Of a stretch of 64,000 bases of DNA, positions 46,601 to 58,600 are shown piece after piece; within the stretch, counting starts at the first letter, position 1, and the number at the start of each line of letters is the position of its first letter. The notes beneath the pieces are model-generated. The model had not been told where the DNA came from, made no database searches, and saw only the letters and a program-made list of their open reading frames with translations. Source of the DNA: Lama glama (Eukaryota); contig CM052850.1 of the NCBI GenBank assembly GCA_028534125.1, forward strand, positions 23,994,001 through 24,058,000. Reading direction: 5' to 3'. The translations under genes and the position numbers were made by a program.

Positions 46601-49600
46601 ACTACCTGAGGAGCTTCCGGCCCTACCACACCGCCGAGGACCTCCGCGTGTCCTCCCTGCCTCCCCTCGGCCTGGACCCGGCCGCTGCTGCTGCCTACTA
46701 CCACCCTGGCTACCTGGCCCCGCACCCCTTCCCCCACCCGGCCTTCAGGTGAGGGGCCCCCAGGCGTCCCCCACCCACCCTCACCCAGACACTGATCGGG
46801 GCCAGCTTCCTGGGGAGGACTGGGGGCTGCTCCTCCCAACCTTCCAGATTAGCTGTTAAAAGTTTGCCCCGGTAGAAAATTCGCATTTGAGCTGCTGGAC
46901 TTTCTCACTTTTGTTTCCACTGGCTCCATTGGTGGCATGTGACTGTCACAGAACAGAGCGCGTAGTTTGTGTGTGACCAGGAAACCCCAGTGGGGATGGA
47001 GCGGTGCCCCAGCTGGGTGGAAGCTTCCCGAGTCCCCCGACAGGTCTGCAGCTACGCTGTGGAGTGTCCTCCACGGAGGCCTCCGCTGGGCCTGGTGCCC
47101 CGAGCTGCTGATACCTGTCGGCTGCTGTGAGGAAGGGGCTCTGGGGCTGGCTGTGGATGCAGCCTCCGTCTGCAGGGCCTTTGTGGAGGTGCCCTGGCCG
47201 GGGCACCTGGTAGAATGGCGGGCCCTGCCTTTTCCCTTTAACGTCGGTGCTCACTGGGCCCCATCTTCTCGGCACAGGATGGACGACTCCTACTGCCTGT
47301 CAGCGCTGCGCTCGCCCTTCTACCCCATCCCCACGCCCGGCTCCCTGCCCCCGCTGCACCCCTCGGCTGTGCACCTCCACCTCTCCGGGATCCGCTACCC
47401 ACCCGAGCTCTCCCACTCATCCCTGGCGGCACTGCACTCGGAGCGGATGTCCAGCCTCGGCACGGAGCGGTAAGCCGCGTCCCCCGCTGGGTGATCTCTG
47501 CTCCTCCAGCCCTGGCTGTCAGAGCAGGAAGAAGCCCAGGCCAGGCTGGCCAGCCCAGCCGCCCTGGCCTCAGTCTGCCCATCTACAAAAGGGATGGTGA
47601 CAGTGGGTGCTTGGAGCTCCTGGCTGGTGCCTGGTGGGGCTCTGTCCTCAGAGTCTCGGAGTCACCAGCCCCTGGCTGTGAGCTCTTCGTGCTCTAGGGC
47701 GTTTGTACACACCTTTTGATTAAATGGACTTTGGGTTTCTTTACGTAGTAACAGAAGCAGAACCTGGCTTACCTCCCATCAGTATTCGGATGGGAATGCT
47801 GGGTTTTCACGAAAACCTTGGGCTCGGGAGTCAGTCTCTCACTTCTGGGCGCGCTCCCTAAGGGACTGTCCTGGTCCCTGCACACCCTGTGCGCTGGAGG
47901 TCACCGTCCCCCTATGCTCACCCTGCAGGCTGCAGATGGATGAGGAGCTGAGGCGGGAGAGGGAGCGCGAGCGGGAGCGGGAGGCTGACCGAGAGCGGGA
48001 GAAGGAGCGTGAGCGGGAGCGGGAGAAGGAGCGCGAGCGGGAGAAGGAGCTGGAGCGCGAGCGGGAGAGGGAGCGGGAGCTGGAGCGCCAACGGGAGCAG
48101 CGGGCCCGCGAGAAGGAGCTGCTGGCCGCCAAGGCGCTGGAGCCAGCCTTCCTGCCCGTGGCCGAGCTGCACGGGCTGCGGAGCCACGCCGCCGAGGAGC
48201 GGGCCAAGCCCCCAGAGCAGCTGGCCCCAACCCGAGCAGGTACCAGGGGGAGGGCTGCGCCGGGGGCCGCGTGCCATGGCGGCTCCCCGAGGACGGGGCT
48301 CAGCTGCGTAGGCTCCGCCCGTTGGCGTGGTGCAGGCTCACGGCCTGCCGGGGGCTGGGGAGAGAGGCGCGTGATACAGACACAGTAGTGCAGATAACTG
48401 TAAGGACGTGCACCACAGGAAGGTGTAGCAGAAGTCTTAGGAAGGGATAGTTTTGAGTATTCGTAACTTTTTTTAAAATTATAAATATACAATCTAACTT
48501 TCAACAACATGTTTAACAGTCAGCCTTGGTGCCCCATAGTCCGTTGCTTGGTGGCAGCCTCCAACTGAACAAGGGCCAAGGCCAGTTCCTGAGTGCATCC
48601 ATGCCCCTCTGGCTGTAGAGAGAACCCTTTGAAGGGCCCCCGGGGTTGGGGGGCTGAGAGGGAAGGAGCCTGGGGCCAAGATCCTGCTGTGACGGCCCTT
48701 CTTCCCCACAGAGAAGCTGAAGGACGCGGGCCTGCCGGCGCCCAAGCCCGTGCAGCACCCACTGCACCCGGCGCCCGCCCCCCACCACGGCTTGCCCGGC
48801 CTCCTCTCCAACCACGGCCTCTTCTCGCTGCCCGGCAGCAGCGCGGCCACGGCCCTGCTGATCCAGCGCACCAACGAGGAGGAGAAGTGGCTGGCGCGGC
48901 AGCGGCGGCTGCGGCAGGAGAAGGAGGACCGGCAGTCGCAGGTGTCCGAGTTTCGGCAGCAGGTGCTGGAGCAGCACCTGGACATGGGCCGGCCGCCAGC
49001 GCCCACGGAGACGGAGCACAGGCCGGAGAGCACCAGGTGGGGCCTGGCGAGCGGGGTGGGCCAAGGGTGCGGGAACTCCCTGAGGTTAGCATTTATTGAG
49101 CGCCTACGGTTTGCTTTCTGCTGAATGTTGTCACTTCTTATTTCCTTTTGTCCTCTGACCCCCATCCTGCTCGTGAGGGAGCAGTGCGAGGACGGGAGGC
49201 AGTTGCCCGAAGGCAGTTGCCCGAAGGCGCCCATCCTCAGGTTGCCATGCCGCCAAGCCTGTGCCCAGAACCGGGATCCTTCCCGTGCAGCTCAGCTGCG
49301 CCCCCACTGGGACACCCATGGTGCCTGCAGAGGGCAAGGGAGGATCTTCAATTACTAATTCCGTTTGTTCTTTCCATCTCTCTCTGCCCAAACTTTTTTT
49401 TTTTTAATGAGAAGGGGCTGCCTTTAATTTTTCTGTAAGCAAAAAATTCTGTTTTCATAATTTGAAAAAAATTCCCATCTCCCGGACCTGTTATGAAAGC
49501 GTTTCCTAGAGGCCTTTGTGCTGGACCCCCAGCTGCCAGCGCTCACCCTGTGAGCTCACGGCTGTGGCCCCGGGCCCCCCAGCCCACCCTCCATCCCTGC

Positions 49601-52600
49601 AGAGCTCATTCTAAAGGGCTAACCCTAACCCTCAGGCAGAGTGGGCGGAGAGAGCCCAGCCAGCCCTCAGGAATGCTGGACCCTGCTCCCCTTCTCTGGG
49701 CCTCGTTTTCCTCAGTTGTGCACAAAGAGGTGGGGCGGGAGGCCCTCTGAGCATCTTTCCAGCCCTCAGTGTCCAAAGTGCTGTCTGGGGACAAGAAACA
49801 CTAGGGTGTCTGGGTCTGAGGTGTTTCAGTGTCCACTTCTTCTGCTCCCTGTCTCTCATTCCTCCAGCTTTTTGCTGACGGGGGTCTTCTCTCTGTGTCC
49901 TAGGTGCCACTGGCTCACCCAGCAGCCACACGACTGCACCCACGTAGGCCCCAAAGAGATTCCATGGCTAATTGGGTGTGACTGGGAGTGAACTGTGGCT
50001 GGGCTCTGGCTGGGTCTCCGGCAGCCTCTGGCTTGCCCTGCTCAGTATGGCTGCAGACGGTCCCCCTGCTGCTCTGGGCCCACTCCAAGGCCACACAGGG
50101 GCTGGCTTGTCTGCTTGTGAGCTGCCCTCCGCTCCTCCAATCCCTGCACACTCGAGACCGAGAGCGCAGTCAACATCTCCTGGCATCACACGTCTAGCAT
50201 CTCTGGATAAATCTGGAGTCCAGCTTTGACTCCAGAGGGTGTCTTCCTCTCCGTGGGGCCCCCAAAGTCCCAGCGCAGCTGTCAGGGCCTATGTGCTGCT
50301 GCCCCCAGCAGGGGTGGCCTCTGCCCAGATCCTGGTGGAGCCCTGGGTTGGGGAATAGGGCCCTGGCCCGGGTGGTCCCCATGGCTGCTGGCGGCATGCT
50401 CAGCCCTCCAACAGCATGAACCTGATGCTCTTTCAAGCCGTCATCCTCCAAGCTAGAAAACCATTCTGTGCTTGGCTTCAGAGCATGAAATATTTATTCT
50501 GCTGATGGGTTTCATTCCTTTGCTCTTTACTTAAGGACACACAGGCTCTTGATAAGGGTCTGTCTGCCCATTAGAGGAGCAGCAGCTTTGGGGCTGTCTC
50601 CCAGCTTGAGCTGGAGAGTAACTCGAGGAGCCTTGGTGGCTGTGGTTACCGTCCCCTCCTCGGCCTGGCAGGAAGGGCCCTGAGAGCCTGGGCACGCGCC
50701 CGCCGTGCTCTCGGCACCTTCCGTCCCCTCAGGCCTTGCCCTGGGTCACCTTGGTGGCATGGGGCTTCTCTTTAAAGAAATAGATACTAACTTTGGAAAA
50801 ACAACACCCAGATTGTCTTTTGTAAGTTGAATTTTGTTTTAAAGGCACCAAGGAAAGAGTCATTTAGTTTGGCTTCCGGCAAAGCTGATTGTCTGATGGA
50901 GGGTCCCTTCCAGTTCCCTCCCTGCCTGGCTCCCCAGTCAGGCACCCCGCCCGGTCCTTGGAGACCCTTTGGGTGTAGCTGCTGCTTTAGGGGCTTGTGG
51001 AGTTGCTGCAGTTCTGCCGGGGACCACTGGGGGGCAGCAGCAGCCAGGCCTGCCCTGGCTGTCGGGGTCTCCCCAACAGCTGCTCTCTGGCTTCTGTCCA
51101 CGTGCAGTGGGGAGAGGAAGTTGTGGCCACACCTTTGGCGCCAGAGCCGTCTTGTGTCCCTGTGGTGGGTCTGCCTGTGGAAAGTAAAGATGAGGCTCTG
51201 TCCTCACAGAGTTGATGGGAAGTTAGGGAGTGGTGGGACAGGATGAGCCACTGCCAGGTCATGAGTGAGAAACAGAACAGAGCGGGGCTGCGCCTTCAGC
51301 AAGCAGAGCCCACCTGGAGTCTCGTGAGCGAGCTTGCGTGTACCTGCCTCAGGCTGTCTTCGAGGAGGTGTGGTCCCTTCACTGTGGGGTAGGGGCCCTG
51401 GATGGGGGCCTACAGGAGGCCTTTACTCCCCTCCAGCTCTGGCGGGCTAAGTGAGTTCCCATCTGGGCTGCCATAGAAGTTGTCCCTCGCTGCCAGGTGC
51501 TGGCAGGTAGCCGGGGGGCAGTGGGTGGCTGATGTGACCACCCTCTCAGGACTGATGGCTGGTTCTGTTCTCTCCCTAGGCCGGGACCAAACCGCCATGA
51601 GCCGGGAAGCCGAGACCCTCCACAGCACTTTGGCGGGCCCCCACCCCTCATTTCGCCCAAGCCCCAGCACCACTCCGTGCCCACAGCCCTCTGGAACCCG
51701 GTGTCCCTGATGGACAGCACGCTGGACACGAGGCGCGCCCCAGAGGGCCATCCCCTGCACAACCACCCCACCCCATTTGAGCCCAGCCGCCAGGCGGCCG
51801 TCCCACTGGTAAAGGTGGAAAGGATCTACTGCCCGGAAAAGGCAGAGGAGGGGCCCCGGAAGCGCGAGGCCACCCCCCTGGACAAGTACCAGCCGCCGCC
51901 TCGGGAGGCAGGGAGCCTGGAGCAGCCGGCCTTCCCTCACGGGTCCGCGCCCTTCCTGGCTGAACTCGAGAAGTCCACGCAGACCCTCCTGGGCCAGCAG
52001 CGGGCCTCCCTCGCCCATCCTGCCCCCTTTGGGGAGCTTACCGGGCCCCTAAAGCCAGGCTCGCCCTCCCGGCCCCCAGCTTCTCGGGGCCCCGACCCCG
52101 CCTACATCTACGATGAGCTCCTGCAGCAGCGCCGGAGGCTGGTCAGCAAGCTGGACCTGGAGGAGCGCAGGCGGCGGGAGGCCCAGGAGAAAGGTCCGCT
52201 CTCCCCAGGTGGCCCTCGCCCCCAGGACCAGGGGGCGGTGGTTCTCGCCTCTCGGCCTCTCTTCTCCCACTCCTGGCTTCCGCTCTGAGGTTTAGCAACT
52301 CCAGGGAGCAGGTTCCCTGTCTTCTTCGCCTGTCTTGCCATAGTGCAAAGCTGAATCAGCACGCACAGTTACAGACGATGAACCGGGGCTAGTGAGACAG
52401 CCCTAAGTATTAACAGTGCGGCACAGCAAGCAGGAGGCTGTTGAGAGAGCGGGCCCGGGTCCGGCGGGGGCTCCTCACTGGAGCCAGGGTCACAACTGCA
52501 GGCAGGTGGCCCCAGGGCTGGGGCCGGGGTTGGGCAGTCTGGCCACCTCTCCTTCCAGCTCCTGCTGGGGCTGGGATGGCACTTAAACACCAGTTCCTCA

Positions 52601-55600
52601 GGTTCCCCCAGAGAGCCAGAGAACAGGGGAGCAGGCACCCACCTGCACCCCCGTCTGCCCGGGAGGGGTCAGGGAGGTTCCAGACTAGTTTCTTCTGTGG
52701 GAAACTCAGGCTCTGCACGGCGCTGGACTCAGAGTCTTGGCCAGGAGCTGGGGCCGGGGCCGGGGTCGAGTGAGTCTTGGGTGGTGGTTCTGGGCTAGAT
52801 TTAGGGCCCGAGAGGCTCTCCTCTGTTCACCTCGTGAGGAGGAGCGGGGAGCGTGCTGGTGCCCTCGGGTGCAGAGGTTCTGTTTGGCATGTGAGTTAAC
52901 GTGCATGCTCCGTGCCTTTGAGAGAGCGGGGAGCTGAGGGTGCCTGTGCCCTCCTGAGTTCCGGACCCAGACGGCCACAGCAGACAGCAGATGTGCACAG
53001 ACAGCTTTGGGCTGCCTTGGACACGGCCCCGGGCCTGTGTGATGAACGGTCCCCTGCCGAGGGATCAGTGTCAGCCCAGGGACCACCTGACCATTTGGGG
53101 GCTGTGGATCCAAGGGAAGCCTGGTGCCTGCCTCCTGCCCCCCACTTCCCAGCCTTGAAAAGCCCTCGGACTAGGGGTTAGCGTGCGTTTCCACCTGGGA
53201 CGAGAGGAGTCTAGGTTTGGGGATGTTCAGAGGGCCAGTAGGGCCAATGGGTGGGTCTGTACATCCGCCGGAGGATTGAGGCTCCCTGCCCAGCTGAAGC
53301 TGTGTGTCCTTGCCGCCAGGGTACTACTACGACCTGGACGACTCCTATGATGAGAGTGACGAAGAAGAGGTCAGGGCCCACCTCCGCTGTGTGGCTGAGC
53401 AGCCGCCCCTCAAACTGGACACATCCTCTGAGGTATCTGGGGTTTCGTGGCCACTGTCGGGCTGTGGGCTGGACGCTGGCACCCACCTCGGGGCCCGCCT
53501 CTTGGCTTTCCCGCCGTCGGGGTCCTCCTCCCTCGAGGCCCGGCACAGAGTGGCCATGGCACATGGGCTTCAAGGACCCCAGGAGGGGCCCCTGGGTCAG
53601 TGGGGGCAGACCACTGCCAGTGGTTTCAAACTCATTTGTTTTCTTTCCCAATCTAGAAGCTAGAGTTTTTGCAACTTTTTGGCTTGACCACCCAACAGCA
53701 GAAGGAGGAATTGCTGACGCAGAAGCGGAGGAAGCGGCGGCGGATGCTGAGGGAAAGGAGCCCGTCGCCCCCGACGGTTCAGAGCAAGCGGCAGACGCCT
53801 TCGCCGAGGCTGGCGCTGACCACCCGCTACAGCCCCGACGAGATGAACTGCAGCCCCAACTTCGAAGAGAAGAAGAAGTTCCTGACCATCTTCAATCTGA
53901 CCCACATCAGCTCAGAGAAGAGGAAGGGTAAGGCCTGCCTGGACCTCGTGGTGGGGGCGGGGCCACCTGGAAGGCCGAGTGCCCCTCGGGAAGCGGGGGG
54001 GGGGCGGCCCTGGGCTCCCTGGGGAAGCAGCCCCTCTGCTCTGACCTGCCCCACTGTCTCTTCACCATCATGCTCCTCTCCGCCCAAAACTCAAGTCGCC
54101 CCATTCGAGGCCCATTTTCTCTTTCTCCACCCCGGGTGGAATTGAGGACTCGCCAGTGTTCTCTGTAAAGCCGCCGTAAGCTTGATGGTTGCTCTTGGCC
54201 CTTTTCGGCTCTCCCAGTGCCTTCAGCTCCCCTGGGCATGGGGTGGAGATGCGCCTTTCCTCTGCTAGGTGCTCCAGGCTCCTCAGCTCCAGGCTGCTGA
54301 TGTGGCCGCTGGGCCGGGTGCTCTGACGCCAGGAGGCGGTAGGTGGTCCGTGGCAGCCAGGCAGAGCCGACACCCACTGTGAGTGGATGGCTTCTCCTAA
54401 GAGATGCTTCCAGATCAGTCTGGCTACCAAGGGCCGTGCTGGGGCCGGTTCTTAGGCTGGAATCCTTGGTGCAGAAGAAGTGGTGCGTTCTGCACGCCGT
54501 CTGGGGCATCCGCTCTCACTCACTCGGCGCCAGGATGTAGCTCGGGGAGAACTTGGCCTGTGTGGGGCACACACCTCCGAGTCCACCGCACTGACACCGG
54601 GTCAGCTCTTTCTGGAGGGACGTCAGAGGAAAGCAGATGTGCTCATCGGTCATTTAGTTGCTTTCCTTTGTTTTAGGTGGGTGTGGCAATTTGGTGTTTG
54701 TGTTTAACCAGCGAGCTGGACTTCTTGCTTTGCCTCAAAGGGGCAGTGACACGTTGTTCTCAGTACAGATCCCCAAGAATGTGTGTAGTTCTATTTGTAA
54801 AGAGCATCTTTTTTCCTGACTTAATTGCTGGAAGCCACCAGTGATGTGGCCACTTAAGTTTGTCAGCAAGAGGTACCTGAAGTGCACCAGGAATTCGTGG
54901 CATCGAATGTCACAGGGTCTGGGTCCTTCCCCCAGTGGCAACCGTCGTGGGAATCACACTCGCGTGACGTGAGCGGTGGGGAGGAGAATGTGCCTGGAAG
55001 CGGCCTGTGCTTCCGGACAGTGGGCTGTGGCTCTTCAGGGCTGTTTCCTGTGTTGGGGACAGCTTTTTCATCTTATAAATAAGAACACATCCTCAAAGGG
55101 TACCTCGGAAAATCGTCGATACCTGTTATTTCGCCGTACACGCACGGCTGTTCTTGGAAAACGTCTGAAATGTTACGTAGTAAAAGCCAAGAAGAATCTA
55201 GGCTCACTCTGAAATGAAGCTTCTTCCTTTAAACCCAGCCTGTCCCCCTGGCTTTGTTTCTCCTTTTAAAGGACTTACTGCCTGCCTGCCAGTCATGGCC
55301 TGGGCTAGACTCCTGCCCCCTTCCCTCTCAGAAATGATGCAACCATCTTGTTAATCTCAGGCTGCTTTTCTCATAGACAAAGAGAAACTTGTTGAGCTGC
55401 TCCAGGCCATGAAGCAGAAGGCACTGTCAGCAGCAGTGGCAGACCCGCTCAGGAACTCTCCGAGGGACAGTCCGGCTGTCTCCCTGAGCGGTAAGGCCAG
55501 CCCATCCGCCACCGCCCGGGACTGTCCACTCCAGGTCGTCTTCCTCCTGGAAACAGCGTGCGCTTCTCTCCATCTCTCTCTTAAGCTTTCTGCGCGTGTG

Positions 55601-58600
55601 AAGGACCTCCTCGGCCAGAGTCAGGGCTCGGAGAGTTAAGGAGGGGGGTCCCAGCTTCGGCAGAGCCCCGCCCGGTGGGCAGCACGGTTGTGGACGTTGT
55701 CCATCAGTCGGCCCTTGGTTGGCGCTCTCCTCCCGGCGTCTCTGTCTTGCTCATTCCGCCTTCCAGGCCTCTCCGCCACCTGCTGTCACTCCTCTCTCTG
55801 CTCTGGCTCTGACTCTTGACTCCACCTTGCTGTGCTGCTAATGGAGCAGGAGATGTTGATGCTCCGGCCCTGTCCTCGACCCCTAACGCAGTCTTTCTTG
55901 TCGGGTTGGGCTATGTCACCTTCTGCCTTCTGGATGACCTGAGGCAACTTGCTTCTTCCTGTAGACTCTTCTTCCTAGATGCCTTCCTGGGGCAGCACCT
56001 TTCAAGGATGGACTTGCTGCTGAACACACCACACTGTGCACTGACATTTACTCAAATGGCTCCCAGTTCTTGGTCTTTTGCACTAGGTCTCTCTTCAGTG
56101 TAAGCTCTAGAGTTCAGGGTCTGCCTGTTCACTTGCAGCTCTTAACACATTCCCTGCTTTCTCTAGAAGAACCGGCCACGCAGCAAGTCTCTCTGGATGT
56201 GGAGACGCCTGTGGGTGTCGCTGCTTCCTCGCCTGCCGGCCCGAAGGCCACGGAGCCTGGGAGACTGGAACAGCGCCGGCCCCAGGAGCCGCCGCGAGTC
56301 CAGGAGACGGCTCCTGCCAGCGGCGAGAAGGCCAGGCTGAGTGAGACCCCTGGGGGCAGGAGGAGCCTGAGCATGCTTCATTACATCCGGGGCCCCGCGC
56401 CCAAGGACGTCCCTGTGCCGCTGTCCCACAGCATCAACGGGAAGAACAAGCCCTGGGAGCCCTTCGTGGCAGAGGAGTTTGCACATCAGTTCCACGAGTC
56501 CGTCCTGCAGTCCACCCAGAAGGCCCTGCAGAAGCATAAAGGTAACGAGGCCGCCTGGGCCTCCTCTGCTGCTTTGTTCCGGAGCGCCGCTCAAACCTCG
56601 GGCGGGGTGCGAGAGACACCTGGTGTTCTTATTAGAGGCAGATTCTGCCTCTGGGGGTCCAGGATGGGGACCGAGAATGCTCCGTTCCCAGGAGATGCTG
56701 GTCTGCTGGCCAACTGTACTTGAAGGAAGTTTACGTCTGAATTGAGTAAGGCCTGCCCTTTCAGTAAGGGCAGGCTAGGTGCCTTTCCAGCAAAAATAGG
56801 ATCCATGCTTCTCGACGGAGTCATTTTCCAGAGTCCCCCACACAGACTCGCCTGGAAACCTGCCTTGCCTTCAATGATCAGACCCAGCGAGCACTCAGTG
56901 ACATAATGGTTGCTCCAGCCCCACGTTTGAGCCCCCAGATTCATGCCTCTTGGACATTTTGGTGGGAGCCACTGCAGGTCAGAGGACAGAGGTCACTATG
57001 TTTCATTCCCACCAAATCAGATTAGACTGAAATTAACTAGGAAAGAACCCTCAGTGAATATGGAGGATCCTACTGAGTTATAAGTGAGGGTTGTGCTCCC
57101 TAGGAGCCAGAAAGAGAGCTTGCTTATCACACCAAAACCGTTGACAGTTTTCTGTGATAACGTCTAAGAGCTGAGGAGATAGGTGAGCGTTTTTAGACAT
57201 ACAGGTCTGATGTCGTTAGCGTCCTTCAGGTAAGTTAATGCTGTCGGGAGAGAAGAAATGATACCCAAAAAGGAAAGAAAGGGCAGTGGGTTTCACAGTG
57301 ATTTAAAAAAGAGAATTCCCCAGGTCAGGAGGAGGGCTTTACTGGGTGTTTGTCGTGACGTTCCCTGAATCATGTTTTTCAAGATGTTTTGACTAGATGG
57401 CTAGGTTAAACCCCTCTGTGCCCCTCTAGGACACTCCCACAGAGGCTGTGGCCAGTGGACACGTTTTCCCTGCTTCATTTCAACCCCTCTCCGGGATTAC
57501 ATTTGACCATTTCCTCGGGATTTTAAAGTCATCCAGCCCCTGCCAGGCTGAGCTGTCCTAGTGCGGTGACTGAGCAGGTCTCGGACTCTGCCCAAGGCTG
57601 CCATCCACAGGGAGGCAGCGTGCACCTGGTAGACCACCGCCAGCAGGGCCAGCAGACAGAGTGGACCTCGTCTAAACAGGCCCCAGTGATAGCGAAGTCC
57701 TGGTCAGGGCAGAGCACTGGGTGTGCTCGGGACTGAAGGGCCTGCATTTCATGAGGGAAGTGATGCTTATTGAGGGCCGAGCTTAGACTCCAGACTAGCT
57801 GAGACTCCCGTGTTACAGAGCAGGGCGTGGCAGCTCAGAGACCGGCTCAGCTGAGAGATCATAGACGTGTTCTGACCAGTGGGAGCCCAGAGCTGCCACT
57901 GTCTTTATGACTCCTCCAGCCACTTCTTTGGTGTGGGAAGGGTACGGGCCTCTCTTACTTCGTCTTGTCTGCTGGAGACCTGTAGTCATGTTGTTGCCCC
58001 TTCTCCTGCTCCCTGCCCCTCCCTCCCCCAGCACGCGGTCCCCACGGGCCCTGTGACGCGCCTGTCTTCCCTCCCCAGGAACCGCAGCTGTGCTGTCTGC
58101 AGAGCAGAACCACAAGGTTGACACGTCCGTCCACTACAACATTCCTGAGCTGCAGGCCTCGAGCCGGCTGCCCCTGCCCCAGCACAACGGGCAGCAGGAG
58201 CCCCCTGCTGTGAGGAAGGGCCCCCTCCAGCAGGAGATGGACCAGGACTCGGAGGACGACGACAGCGATGACAGGGAGGAGGACGATGAGGACCCCCCCA
58301 GGCGCAAGTGGCAAGGGATTGAGGCCATTTTTGAAGCTTACCAGGAACACATAGAAGGTACGCGGTGGGGCGGGGAGCAGGCTGAGGGTCCAGTCGGGAA
58401 AGTGCAAGAAAGCTTAATAGACTGGTCGGTGCAAGACTTCCCTGCCACTGATGGAGGTTCCCGGGACACAAGTAGAAACAAAAACTAGAAGGTACTTTTT
58501 CTTCAGCACTATTTCCAGAACTGTTCCTCTGGCTTCCTTATGATGGAAGTCCTCATGGACAAAACTGAGGTCATTCTCACTGGTGGAATTTAAGCACCAA

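Noticed and set aside
47933-47938. Alternative acceptor CAG|ATG 7 nt inside exon 7
   Set aside because: Using it would frameshift relative to exon 6. The upstream CAG at 47926-47928 keeps the frame.
47839-48510. Minus-strand 223-aa ORF with an SR-protein-like RSRS tract
   Set aside because: It is the antisense reading of the GSE1 RE-repeat codons, with no independent start or splice evidence.
49619-49633. Telomere-like CTAACCCTAACCCT
   Set aside because: Only about two units, which is consistent with chance.
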